Shown here: positions 51,972-59,510 of the stretch, piece by piece
Layout: every line of letters starts with the position of its first letter
Position numbering within the stretch: position 1 is the stretch's first letter
Virus record (IMG/VR): IMGVR_UViG_3300002835_000013
DNA length: 64,000 nucleotides
Source of the DNA: a virus
Strand: one strand, 5' to 3'
Notes under the pieces: model-generated
What the model saw: the letters and a program-made list of their open reading frames with translations, nothing else
Told to the model about the DNA's origin: nothing
The model's database searches: none
Program-made: the position numbers and the translations under genes

Positions 51972-53008
51972 TTTGTTTGTTTTAGATAGTCCAATGTTAT
52001 TTTAGTATCATTACGAAGTATATCATCCATTTCATTCATCGAATTAGGTCCGTATTTGCCTATAATGTCATCAAGTTCAAATGGCTTTTCGGTATCGCCC
52101 ATCGCATTTCTGGTGAGGTCATCAAGATAAGAATTGTTCCTATTAGCTATATTTTGTAGCGCCCGACTGAACGGCGCAACCGGACGTGCAGGCATATTCG
52201 CTCCTTCCTGAAAGTCCTGGAAGTTCATATTCATCGCTTTGACCGCAGGATTCTGCAAGGTCGACGCCGGCCAGACCTTATTATTATCAAGTTTCGTCGG
52301 AGCATCACACTTCCTATCTGGGACACGGACCTTACGGAGCATTTCCTCTAGTGACTGTGACTTTGACTTTAGTGGCTCGTCAATCATGAGGTCTTCTTTT
52401 GTCTTCCAATCACGGTGTCTAAACTTATCAAGGCGCCACTTCTTTACTTTCTTATTACCATTGACAATAAGGTGCTTGTTCATAATAGCGTTATAAGTCT
52501 GATGGCTAATGTAAAGTCTGCCGACATGATAGGATGCCATACAGTGAATGAAGTCAAAATGATCAATCAGTGTCTTGCGATCCGTGAAGTCGGTCTTGAT
52601 ATACTGGACATTTGAATCCTGATTGAGTGCAGTAGCAAAGATATGTTCATTGCTATAATCATCATCCTCGTCCAGATGATACTTTACTATCCAAGTACCC
52701 GGTTTATGCCTAATCATATTCTCAAGCATGTTGTGTTGTGTGGGATTTTTAGGATGGAATGATTCATTCTTTAGAAGAAAGGTATCAATGTCGTTGATGA
52801 GTTCATCCCTTAGCAGAGAACTAATACAACCACCAGCAACGATTATAAATTCTCTATTATAACCATCATCAGTGGATACCCCCTCACTTTTATCCCAACT
52901 TGGATGTCTTCTTTCATAAAGGCCAACGTCTTTGATTAGTATTTCTAGTTTCCGTTTGACATCGGCAATGTGCCGAACTTCTTTGTCGGTAAAATCTTCA
53001 CTAGACAT
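51968..53008 (-). CDS. Nucleotidyltransferase-like protein (poly(A) polymerase / CCA-enzyme head-like) with C-terminal extension
   Basis: IVAGGCISSLL....NDIDTF (GG plus DxD) and FDFIHC motifs. Confidence 0.65.
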   Translation of the reverse strand: MSSEDFTDKEVRHIADVKRKLEILIKDVGLYERRHPSWDKSEGVSTDDGYNREFIIVAGGCISSLLRDELINDIDTFLLKNESFHPKNPTQHNMLENMIRHKPGTWIVKYHLDEDDDYSNEHIFATALNQDSNVQYIKTDFTDRKTLIDHFDFIHCMASYHVGRLYISHQTYNAIMNKHLIVNGNKKVKKWRLDKFRHRDWKTKEDLMIDEPLKSKSQSLEEMLRKVRVPDRKCDAPTKLDNNKVWPASTLQNPAVKAMNMNFQDFQEGANMPARPVAPFSRALQNIANRNNSYLDDLTRNAMGDTEKPFELDDIIGKYGPNSMNEMDDILRNDTKITLDYLKQTK

Positions 53009-53019
53009 GATGTAACCCT

Positions 53020-53244
53020 TTATAAAGGAAGTTGTGAGGTATTAGATTTCTTGAGAAAGTGGAGTTCTTCGGCTTCTAGTTTGATTTTGGATTTGAGAAC
53101 ACCCGAGACTAACTTTGCTGCGGTCTCTATCTCGAATCCTGTCTGTTCACAATACATAACGACGGCATCGATATAAGGAATGTCTTTCATATAGACCAGT
53201 TCCTCAATCTCTAAACTAAACTTTTGTATGTCTTCGGGGGTCAT
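53020..53244 (-). CDS. 33: Late transcription co-activator gp33
   Basis: FS.EIE..V....YIDAVV.YC...EIE...KL....LK.KI..EA..L.FL...LP pattern. Confidence 0.9.
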   Translation of the reverse strand: MTPEDIQKFSLEIEELVYMKDIPYIDAVVMYCEQTGFEIETAAKLVSGVLKSKIKLEAEELHFLKKSNTSQLPL

Positions 53245-53269
53245 TTGTTCCTCTGGTTCATAATATAAA

Positions 53270-53580
53270 AGGTGATTTTTCTGTTTCGAGGAAAACCACC
53301 AAACCCAATGAACTTACGCTGCTAGAGCGAAGTCAAATGGTACATTGTCGTTTGCTGCACCTGCAATTTGCCTTTGGTCTCCTTACGACCTTACTGTATC
53401 CCGTCGAACCTGTTCGCCCCCATCAAAGATACACTGTTGGACCCTCTGTCTTGTTCCAACTTTTCTCATAAAGAGTTGCGGGTTCCTATCTTTTCAGTCT
53501 AGGCAGTGTATCTATGATGGAGGCGGTGGGAATCGCACCCACGTCCAAGAAACCTATATTTCGTCTCTCAACGACCTCGG
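53270..53580 (-). ncRNA. ssrA: tmRNA, circularly permuted two-piece (alphaproteobacterial type)
   Basis: Acceptor piece with T-arm GTGGG-TGCGATT-CCCAC and CGCCTCC-A ending at 53518; 96-nt intervening sequence; coding piece starts GGGGGCGAACAGGTTCGAC at 53421; G3-U70 pair; tag ORF 53355-53314 reads ANDNVPFDFALAA*. Outer ends are approximate. Confidence 0.93.
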
Positions 53581-53586
53581 CAATTC

Positions 53587-53594
53587 TATTTATC
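53587..53594 (-). promoter_or_regulatory. Late promoter-like GATAAATA upstream of the tmRNA
   Basis: Part of the 13-bp direct repeat ATAAATAGAATTG (53581-53593 and 53757-53769). Confidence 0.6.
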
Positions 53595-53754
53595 GTCTCC
53601 ATCAAAGATACACTCTTAGCGTCAAAGTGATGGACTTGAACCATCATACCTTTCTTTGATATTCAGATATACCGAACGTTACGATATACCCTTAGTCGGC
53701 CAACTCGCTATGTTAGATAATTAGTCTAACGAGTGTATCCATGATGAAGACGAT
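53592..53754 (-). ncRNA. Unnamed structured RNA: long closing stem plus tRNA-like domain
   Basis: 24-bp terminal stem (53592-53615 with 53731-53754) homologous to the tmRNA acceptor/IVS stem; internal hairpins include T-arm GATGG-TTCAAGT-CCATC; preceded by its own TATAAATA. Confidence 0.7.
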
Positions 53755-53762
53755 TCCAATTC

Positions 53763-53770
53763 TATTTATA
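53763..53770 (-). promoter_or_regulatory. T4-type late promoter TATAAATA
   Basis: Exact consensus about 9 nt upstream of the unnamed RNA stem. Confidence 0.7.
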
Positions 53771-54050
53771 ATGGGGCGAAGGTTTTATTGTGACCGTCGA
53801 TTGATAATGTGACTGCTCCAACGTAGCCACATTCTTTTGTTCCTGGAATGGAAAACTCACCGCTACCATGCCAGTGAAATGTAGGAGCGTTACACTCACC
53901 GCCGTTAATAGAAACCAACGAAACATCCATCACCTTCTTTGCTTTACAGTGGATGATATGGCTATCGCTAGCCTTCTTATCGCATGATATATCATCCGCT
54001 GCCATTGCTGTTCCACTCAATAATGATAATAATACTACAATCCGTTTCAT
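53766..54050 (-). CDS. Small secreted or periplasmic protein with four Cys
   Basis: Signal peptide MKRIVVLLSLLSGTAMA|A; four cysteines in the mature part. Confidence 0.75.
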   Translation of the reverse strand: MKRIVVLLSLLSGTAMAADDISCDKKASDSHIIHCKAKKVMDVSLVSINGGECNAPTFHWHGSGEFSIPGTKECGYVGAVTLSIDGHNKTFAPL

Positions 54051-54053
54051 TTG

Positions 54054-55460
54054 TCAAGTCCTATTGTTGATGTATTCTAAAAGTTTTCCATGATCGGGCT
54101 TGATACTGACGGACATATCTCCTAGATTTGGTATGTGGATGATATCTGCCAACTCAACTCTTTTCATGTAAAAGCTGCTAATGTCGTTCCCGATATCACA
54201 ATCAGACAACATGGATTCATCTTCTGTTACAATATATAACAGATTACTAATCTCGTCAACCACTATCTCAAATCGACTTCTGGAATACTTTCTTTCCAAA
54301 AGTTCTATCAAGTCAAAAGAGTTGATATCAATGTCATTGATGCGTGGCAGTTTGTTTTTTCGGACAAAGTAAAAATCCTCTGTGACATAATCTCCAGTCT
54401 CTATCACTCTACCATCTGGCATCTTTACCGTTAGCATATTGTCTGGAGTCGTTATCTTATAAAAATCATTACACGGTTTACCTAACGATCTTGGATCAAA
54501 CTTTTCTGTGTTCTTGTCAATGTATGGAAGAAACAGTGGACCGCCAGTTTCACTACAACCAAAAACACTAACAATCTTTTTGATACTACCACTTTTGACA
54601 GCATTCAGCCATTTTGGATTTATGAATGATAGAATCATCATAGTGACAGCGGAAGCATCTATTTCACCAGACTCTAATGTAGAAAGTAACGAGTCTGTTG
54701 CTAAACCGTTTGGTGATAGTATTTTAGTTATGCCTTTTCTCTCACAAAACTTCATAACATTGTAGTAATAGCCTTTGTCCGCATCGGTGACGACACTAGC
54801 AAACAAATAATGCTCTTTACAAACAAGCATTGAGGGTAAGAAGAATATACAGATAGAGGATCCATGATTGAAGGACTCTAGATGAATCGCCGAATCATCC
54901 TGATTGAATCCGAGTTGCTCCCAGTTCATAGAACATAGGTCATAAAGAAAAGAATGTGTTTGACTTATTAGTTTAGGTTTGCCCGTAGTGCCGCTACTGG
55001 TACACAAAAGCAAATCACTATCTGGTGTGGCATATACACCAACATCATTGTCAGAGAAAGCAACATAGTTAGGTTCTAGTCTAATACTCTTCCATGAATG
55101 ACGAATGAAGAAATCGACCGCAAAGTTGTATTCGGGCGCATCTGGTAATCCGTATATGAACATATCCAAAGGCAAATGCGCCAGACATTTAGCACTGACG
55201 CAATCCTTTTCATTCATAGGTCTGGTTAGTATTACCATCTTTAGACCTAACTCAAATGCGGCAAATGTTATAGCCAGATATGATAACTCATAAGATGGAA
55301 TGGCTATCCCTATCTTTTGACCTGGTGTTATCCGTTCTTTGAGAAGTCTTTCTTTCCAGTGATTGATAGATAAGGCAAGTTGTTCAAATGTGTATGTTTC
55401 ATTTGCTGTATGAAATACACTATCTGGTCTAATCCATTTACGAGTAATAATCTTACTCAC
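54054..55460 (-). CDS. AMP-binding (ANL superfamily) adenylating enzyme
   Basis: P-loop TSSGTTGKPK, FGCSETGG and TGD motifs; C-terminal Lys in SIKPD. Confidence 0.85.
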   Translation of the reverse strand: MSKIITRKWIRPDSVFHTANETYTFEQLALSINHWKERLLKERITPGQKIGIAIPSYELSYLAITFAAFELGLKMVILTRPMNEKDCVSAKCLAHLPLDMFIYGLPDAPEYNFAVDFFIRHSWKSIRLEPNYVAFSDNDVGVYATPDSDLLLCTSSGTTGKPKLISQTHSFLYDLCSMNWEQLGFNQDDSAIHLESFNHGSSICIFFLPSMLVCKEHYLFASVVTDADKGYYYNVMKFCERKGITKILSPNGLATDSLLSTLESGEIDASAVTMMILSFINPKWLNAVKSGSIKKIVSVFGCSETGGPLFLPYIDKNTEKFDPRSLGKPCNDFYKITTPDNMLTVKMPDGRVIETGDYVTEDFYFVRKNKLPRINDIDINSFDLIELLERKYSRSRFEIVVDEISNLLYIVTEDESMLSDCDIGNDISSFYMKRVELADIIHIPNLGDMSVSIKPDHGKLLEYINNRT

Positions 55461-55521
55461 CTATCACTCCACAGCGTTTTCGTAATCGTCTAAATCTGGT
55501 CCGTGTATACCACCGGGTCCA

Positions 55522-55641
55522 TCACTGGCACGGTCTATTAGAACTGTCCCATACAACGCACTTACCGACGGTCGCCAAAACGCAACCAGACAAACCCAAA
55601 CTAAGAAACACCAATGCTACCGCTAGATATACTTTTCTCAT
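55522..55641 (-). CDS. Small lipoprotein (39 aa)
   Basis: Below the track cutoff. MRKVYLAVALVFLSLGLSGC|VLATVGKCVVWDSSNRPCQ; lipobox LSGC. Confidence 0.7.
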   Translation of the reverse strand: MRKVYLAVALVFLSLGLSGCVLATVGKCVVWDSSNRPCQ

Positions 55642-55790
55642 TTGTATTCCCTCATTTCTTTCTTTGCTTCCCTATATCTTTCTCTTTCCTTGAAGTTTTG
55701 TAAAACGCAACATTTACAGGAAAGAAGTTTATATTTTTTACCTTTTAGATCGAACTGACCAGCTACGTTTCTAATATGTAGAGATTTCAT
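55638..55790 (-). CDS. Small basic hypothetical protein (50 aa)
   Basis: MKSLHIRNVAGQFDLKGKKYKLLSCKCC...; ATGA overlaps with both neighbouring genes. Confidence 0.65.
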   Translation of the reverse strand: MKSLHIRNVAGQFDLKGKKYKLLSCKCCVLQNFKERERYREAKKEMREYK

Positions 55791-56461
55791 AGTCCTGTAT
55801 CCTCTCTAAACTTTTTTATCTTATACGCCAGTTCTGGCAAGTAATCTTTACGGTCTTTCACAAACACCTGCGGTTCTTCGTGGTCAACCGATATCAATAC
55901 CACAATCTGCTTACACTTGATGCCTGTCATTTCCTCATACATCAAAGAATAACAGGTACATTGCTCAAAGTAACTTAGAATCCAATCTTCTCTCTTAGGT
56001 CTCAAGGAAGTTTTGAAATCAACAATAGAAGGAACACCATCAAACTCGGCAATACAGTCTACTTGACCAGCGAGACCAAGAGTTTCAGAGTATAGCATAG
56101 TTTCTAGATAGTGAACATTATCAAGTCTATTGAGTATAGGAACAAACTGATTGAAGGCATGCCGCATATCAGGCATTACATCTTCGTTGAGGAACCCTTC
56201 CTGATTGTTGATATAAGATTCCATAAGAGAATGAAATTTTGTACCTCTTCGGCTTGCTCGTCCTGATATTTTGTTCGCTTCTTCTTCGCCAACTTTCTTC
56301 CTCCACTTTTGGATGGAGTCTCCTTTGAAGTGAGAGAGAAAGGTGGTAACCGATGGAAGAGGCCTGCCCGAAGGAGATATATAATATCGTTTTCCATTTT
56401 GTTCTTCTCTTTTCAGATTCACCAACACTGGGTCATTGTTTATATGTGTAAAAGTTTTCAT
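55787..56461 (-). CDS. PD-(D/E)XK exonuclease (Cas4/RecB-like)
   Basis: PSVTT, RGT.FH, AGQVDC, IVDFKTS and Q..CY motifs. Confidence 0.9.
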   Translation of the reverse strand: MKTFTHINNDPVLVNLKREEQNGKRYYISPSGRPLPSVTTFLSHFKGDSIQKWRKKVGEEEANKISGRASRRGTKFHSLMESYINNQEGFLNEDVMPDMRHAFNQFVPILNRLDNVHYLETMLYSETLGLAGQVDCIAEFDGVPSIVDFKTSLRPKREDWILSYFEQCTCYSLMYEEMTGIKCKQIVVLISVDHEEPQVFVKDRKDYLPELAYKIKKFREDTGL

Positions 56462-56500
56462 TAGCAACCAACATCAAAATGTTCCTCATTTAATTTATAC

Positions 56501-56529
56501 ATTATATACTCCAAATATATAGTTGTCAA
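56501..56529 (-). promoter_or_regulatory. Consensus sigma70 (early) promoter
   Basis: TTGACA-17 nt-TATAAT, a perfect consensus, upstream of the exonuclease. Confidence 0.85.
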
Positions 56530-56533
56530 CCTT

Positions 56534-57106
56534 TTAACTTATTGTTTGATAAGCACCGGAGATATCAAACTCACTTGTGTTTGATGTTGCTCCAACTGGT
56601 GTGGTATTTTTCCAGGCCAAATCTGTGGTACTACCTGAATAGTAGAGTTTCATGACTGTATTACTTATGTCTATATCTGTGATACCGGCGATGTGATATT
56701 TGGCGTCGCCATTTGCTTGATGTAATGTACCGGCTCTAGCCGTTATTGTTGCGATAGAAGGCGCTGGCAAAACAACCTGATACTGCCCACCAACATTGAA
56801 AGATGCGGCATTACAATTAGCAAAATCTATATTAATTCTAAAGTGTGTAATAAGACCTTGCTTTACATAAGACCCTGTAGCAACTACACCAGGAACGTTG
56901 GCACCATTTGCTGTAAATTGAGGATCAAAAGTTTGATTGATAGAAAGTATACTAAAAGGAATACCACCAGGAGTCTCTCCATCCGAAAGTCGGAGAGGTG
57001 TCTGACCATCTGTATCATAGAATATTTCACCGGGTCTTCCGATGTATTCGGTGGCCTGTGTTCCGCCCATATGGTCGGCAAACATTTTGAAAGTGACATT
57101 TGACAT
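56534..57106 (-). CDS. Probable virion appendage protein (Mtd-N / hyaluronidase-N-like start)
   Basis: YIGRPGEIFYD...LRLSDGETPGG motif; preceded by a late promoter. Confidence 0.55.
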   Translation of the reverse strand: MSNVTFKMFADHMGGTQATEYIGRPGEIFYDTDGQTPLRLSDGETPGGIPFSILSINQTFDPQFTANGANVPGVVATGSYVKQGLITHFRINIDFANCNAASFNVGGQYQVVLPAPSIATITARAGTLHQANGDAKYHIAGITDIDISNTVMKLYYSGSTTDLAWKNTTPVGATSNTSEFDISGAYQTIS

Positions 57107-57135
57107 TGTAGAAACTCCTGGTTGTAATTTACTTC

Positions 57136-57143
57136 TATTTATA
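57136..57143 (-). promoter_or_regulatory. T4-type late promoter TATAAATA
   Basis: Exact consensus in the intergenic gap. Confidence 0.7.
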
Positions 57144-57157
57144 TAACATGTAAACTA

Positions 57158-57901
57158 TCATAGTCCCATTTCAGTTTTCTGAATGATGTATTCTTTGACG
57201 ACACCGGAGCGAACGATGTCCTCAATACCAAATTCGACATGCTCAAATGATGACATACGGCGAGTAATAGCCATCAGTTCTTTGATGCCAGTTCTATCAT
57301 GTGGTTTATGTAGATCGGTCTGGCGATAGTCACCACAAAAGATAATCTTAGAGTTATTACCAATACGTGTCATAACTGTATCGACCTCTTGGAAGGTCAT
57401 GTTGTTACACTCGTCAACAATGATAATGGAATCATTGAATGTAGTGCCACGAAGAAATGATGTAGTGGTAAACTCTACCATTCTCTTTAGTTTCAATATA
57501 CGCCATCCATCTCCACGACCAAATAAATCGTCACAAATTTCTTGGTAGGGTTGTTCGTAAACTTCCGCTTTTTGTTTATCGGTTCCTGGTAGAAAGCCCA
57601 TGTCTCTGGTTGGAACTACGGAGCGGATGATAACGACCCTCTTATATATGTCGTCTGATAACACCTCCTTTAGTGCTAGATATGATGATAGAAAGGTTTT
57701 ACCGGTACCGGCATAGCCATGCAGCATAAGATTGGAGCCATTCGAATATGCGTCCCACACTCTCTGTTGGTTTACTGTTAGTGGTTTAATGTGACGCAAT
57801 TGAAAGTGGTTATGCTCCTCAAAGTTTTGCTGATTTTGCTGCTTGCTATTTCTTCTATTCTTACGTGACATATATTTTACCTTGTTGTTATTGTTAGTCA
57901 C
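57158..57901 (-). CDS. phoH: PhoH-family ATPase
   Basis: GYAGTGKT, MGFLPG, FLRGTTF, DECNN, TRIG and GDYRQTDL motifs; start may be 57871. Confidence 0.95.
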   Translation of the reverse strand: MTNNNNKVKYMSRKNRRNSKQQNQQNFEEHNHFQLRHIKPLTVNQQRVWDAYSNGSNLMLHGYAGTGKTFLSSYLALKEVLSDDIYKRVVIIRSVVPTRDMGFLPGTDKQKAEVYEQPYQEICDDLFGRGDGWRILKLKRMVEFTTTSFLRGTTFNDSIIIVDECNNMTFQEVDTVMTRIGNNSKIIFCGDYRQTDLHKPHDRTGIKELMAITRRMSSFEHVEFGIEDIVRSGVVKEYIIQKTEMGL

Positions 57902-57913
57902 ATTATCATAAAC

Positions 57914-57949
57914 AAAAGAGGTCGATGCCTTGTTACGGGCACGACCTCT
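57914..57949 (-). terminator. Intrinsic terminator upstream of phoH
   Basis: AGAGGTCGTGCC-cgtaacaa-GGCATCGACCTCT followed by TTTG. Confidence 0.6.
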
Positions 57950-57980
57950 AAACTTTTTTGAAGGTATTTCTTCTGACAGG

Positions 57981-58244
57981 TTAAATCTCCTTGGGAATAT
58001 CCCAACGCTTACTCGCTACGGCATCAGCTTGAGGCACCGAGTTTTTGATTCTGCCTAAAACGTATTTTTGGAAGTCGGAGGGAGGTTTAGTGACACCGAT
58101 AGTTACAGGATCGGCAAAGTTCACAGCAAGAATGACCTGTTCCCAATCTGGCTTATCGTCTAGATATGTGTCATGTTCTGCCATCGTCATCTGGACGGTG
58201 ACTTCTTCGTTGGTATTCTTATTGCGAAATGTGTAATATGGCAT
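57981..58244 (-). CDS. FmdB-like small protein (Cys-less)
   Basis: MPYYTFRNKNT.E...M...E...YL pattern common upstream of phoH in T4-like phages. Confidence 0.65.
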   Translation of the reverse strand: MPYYTFRNKNTNEEVTVQMTMAEHDTYLDDKPDWEQVILAVNFADPVTIGVTKPPSDFQKYVLGRIKNSVPQADAVASKRWDIPKEI

Positions 58245-58272
58245 AGTCCCTCACAGTATTCTGTATTTAGTA

Positions 58273-58830
58273 TTATTCAGTCGCCACAAATGTGAAACGA
58301 TAAGGAATCGAACTCAAAGTTAGTGGCGCTGGCTTATGTAAAATGTGGTTTTCAAATATGATGACTCTTCCTGGTCTAAACTCCGTAGCAATCTCTACCT
58401 CACCATACTTGTTACAAAACATAGTTTCGCCACCCCAATCCTTGTTCCAGGTTGTGTTGATGTAGTATAGTAAGGACTTCTTGCCTTTATGAGAGTTGTC
58501 GGGATGATAACTATATTCGGAAAGATGTGTTGATAAGACCATCCAGAAGTTTTTTGGATTTAGATTGATTTCATACTCGCTGGAGAAAACTTTCCAGTTC
58601 ATAGACTCAAAAAAGCCAAAGTTATAGACATCCTCTTCGGTGAATGAAGACCGAAGAAAGAAGTCCTTTCGGGATTCATAAATGCCTAGAGATGTGCCTT
58701 TGGTATGAAAGAGAGAGTGACCAGCATAGTGGTGCATTCTATAATGTTCATCAACATCAAAGATACCATCGTAAATGTCAATGATATCTTCTGTTGTTGT
58801 CATCAATCTTTTGTGAACTACACGGCTCAT
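58273..58830 (-). CDS. 2OG-Fe(II) oxygenase
   Basis: HPD, LLYYIN..W...WGGET, PGRVIIF..ILH and R motifs. Confidence 0.88.
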   Translation of the reverse strand: MSRVVHKRLMTTTEDIIDIYDGIFDVDEHYRMHHYAGHSLFHTKGTSLGIYESRKDFFLRSSFTEEDVYNFGFFESMNWKVFSSEYEINLNPKNFWMVLSTHLSEYSYHPDNSHKGKKSLLYYINTTWNKDWGGETMFCNKYGEVEIATEFRPGRVIIFENHILHKPAPLTLSSIPYRFTFVATE

Positions 58831-58831
58831 G

Positions 58832-59383
58832 CTATAGTGTTACCTCATTTATCCACGCTGGCGCTTCACGATTCTTCCACTTGTGAAGATGTGCCTTACC
58901 ATGCTTGTAATAGTTCCGATAGTTGACCACTGGGTCTTCGGATATGATGTATTTAGTATCCATACAACTTGGCGGAGTAGTCGGGCCAATACGCTTGATG
59001 TTTTTTGGATGATCGGATAGTTTACCCAAAAGATTGGTTCGCTGAATCTTATGAATCTTGTTATAACGATGGGTATATTCTATACAATACTCGGCCATAA
59101 GATCCCACAACCACTCATAGTTGCTAGAAGACTCACGGGCCCACACAGCACAAGGATGATTGATATGGGTGGCAGAATAAAATTCTGTATCACGCCAGTC
59201 ATCGAGTCGCCAACGCTTTACATTGCGACCAGTCTTTGTCTTATCGGTATACTCTACACCATCAAGTACCCGATGTGCGGTAGATAGAAGTTGGGCACTT
59301 TCAAGGATCATCTTGACGCAATGAGAGTCAACAGCCCACTCGGCACATAATTTGGGGTCAGAGTGTAGATAAAATATATTCAT
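58832..59383 (-). CDS. Pyrimidine-dimer DNA glycosylase-like protein (DenV family)
   Basis: MNIFYL...D.HCVKMILESAQLLSTAH, H.NHP..W and YR.YY motifs. Confidence 0.82.
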   Translation of the reverse strand: MNIFYLHSDPKLCAEWAVDSHCVKMILESAQLLSTAHRVLDGVEYTDKTKTGRNVKRWRLDDWRDTEFYSATHINHPCAVWARESSSNYEWLWDLMAEYCIEYTHRYNKIHKIQRTNLLGKLSDHPKNIKRIGPTTPPSCMDTKYIISEDPVVNYRNYYKHGKAHLHKWKNREAPAWINEVTL

Positions 59384-59510
59384 TTGCTTCGTCCTCAGTA
59401 TAAAATGCTTTTAGCAACACCCAACCACCAGCAGAACCGAAGTCTCTCTTATAGACACCCCAGGCGTGGTTGTTTATCTTTTCGACTTTGTATAGTGGAT
59501 CATGCGTCAT
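59358..59510 (-). CDS. Small hypothetical protein
   Basis: Re-called start MTHDPLYK to avoid overlap with the RMF-like ORF. Confidence 0.55.
   Translation of the reverse strand: MTHDPLYKVEKINNHAWGVYKRDFGSAGGWVLLKAFYTEDEANEYILSTL

Noticed and set aside
53377-53577. 12/15 direct repeat AGGTCGT-NNN-GAGAC in both tmRNA pieces
   Set aside because: Too short to interpret; it may be chance or part of normal tmRNA pairing.
53345-53659. 104-aa plus-strand ORF
   Set aside because: It is antisense to the tmRNA and the unnamed RNA, has no RBS or recognisable motif, and the RNA structure explains the sequence.
53616-53715. Canonical tRNA gene
   Set aside because: A T-arm is present, but there is no 7-bp acceptor stem adjoining it, no CCA, and the arm lengths are non-standard. 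Kept as a tRNA-like RNA instead.
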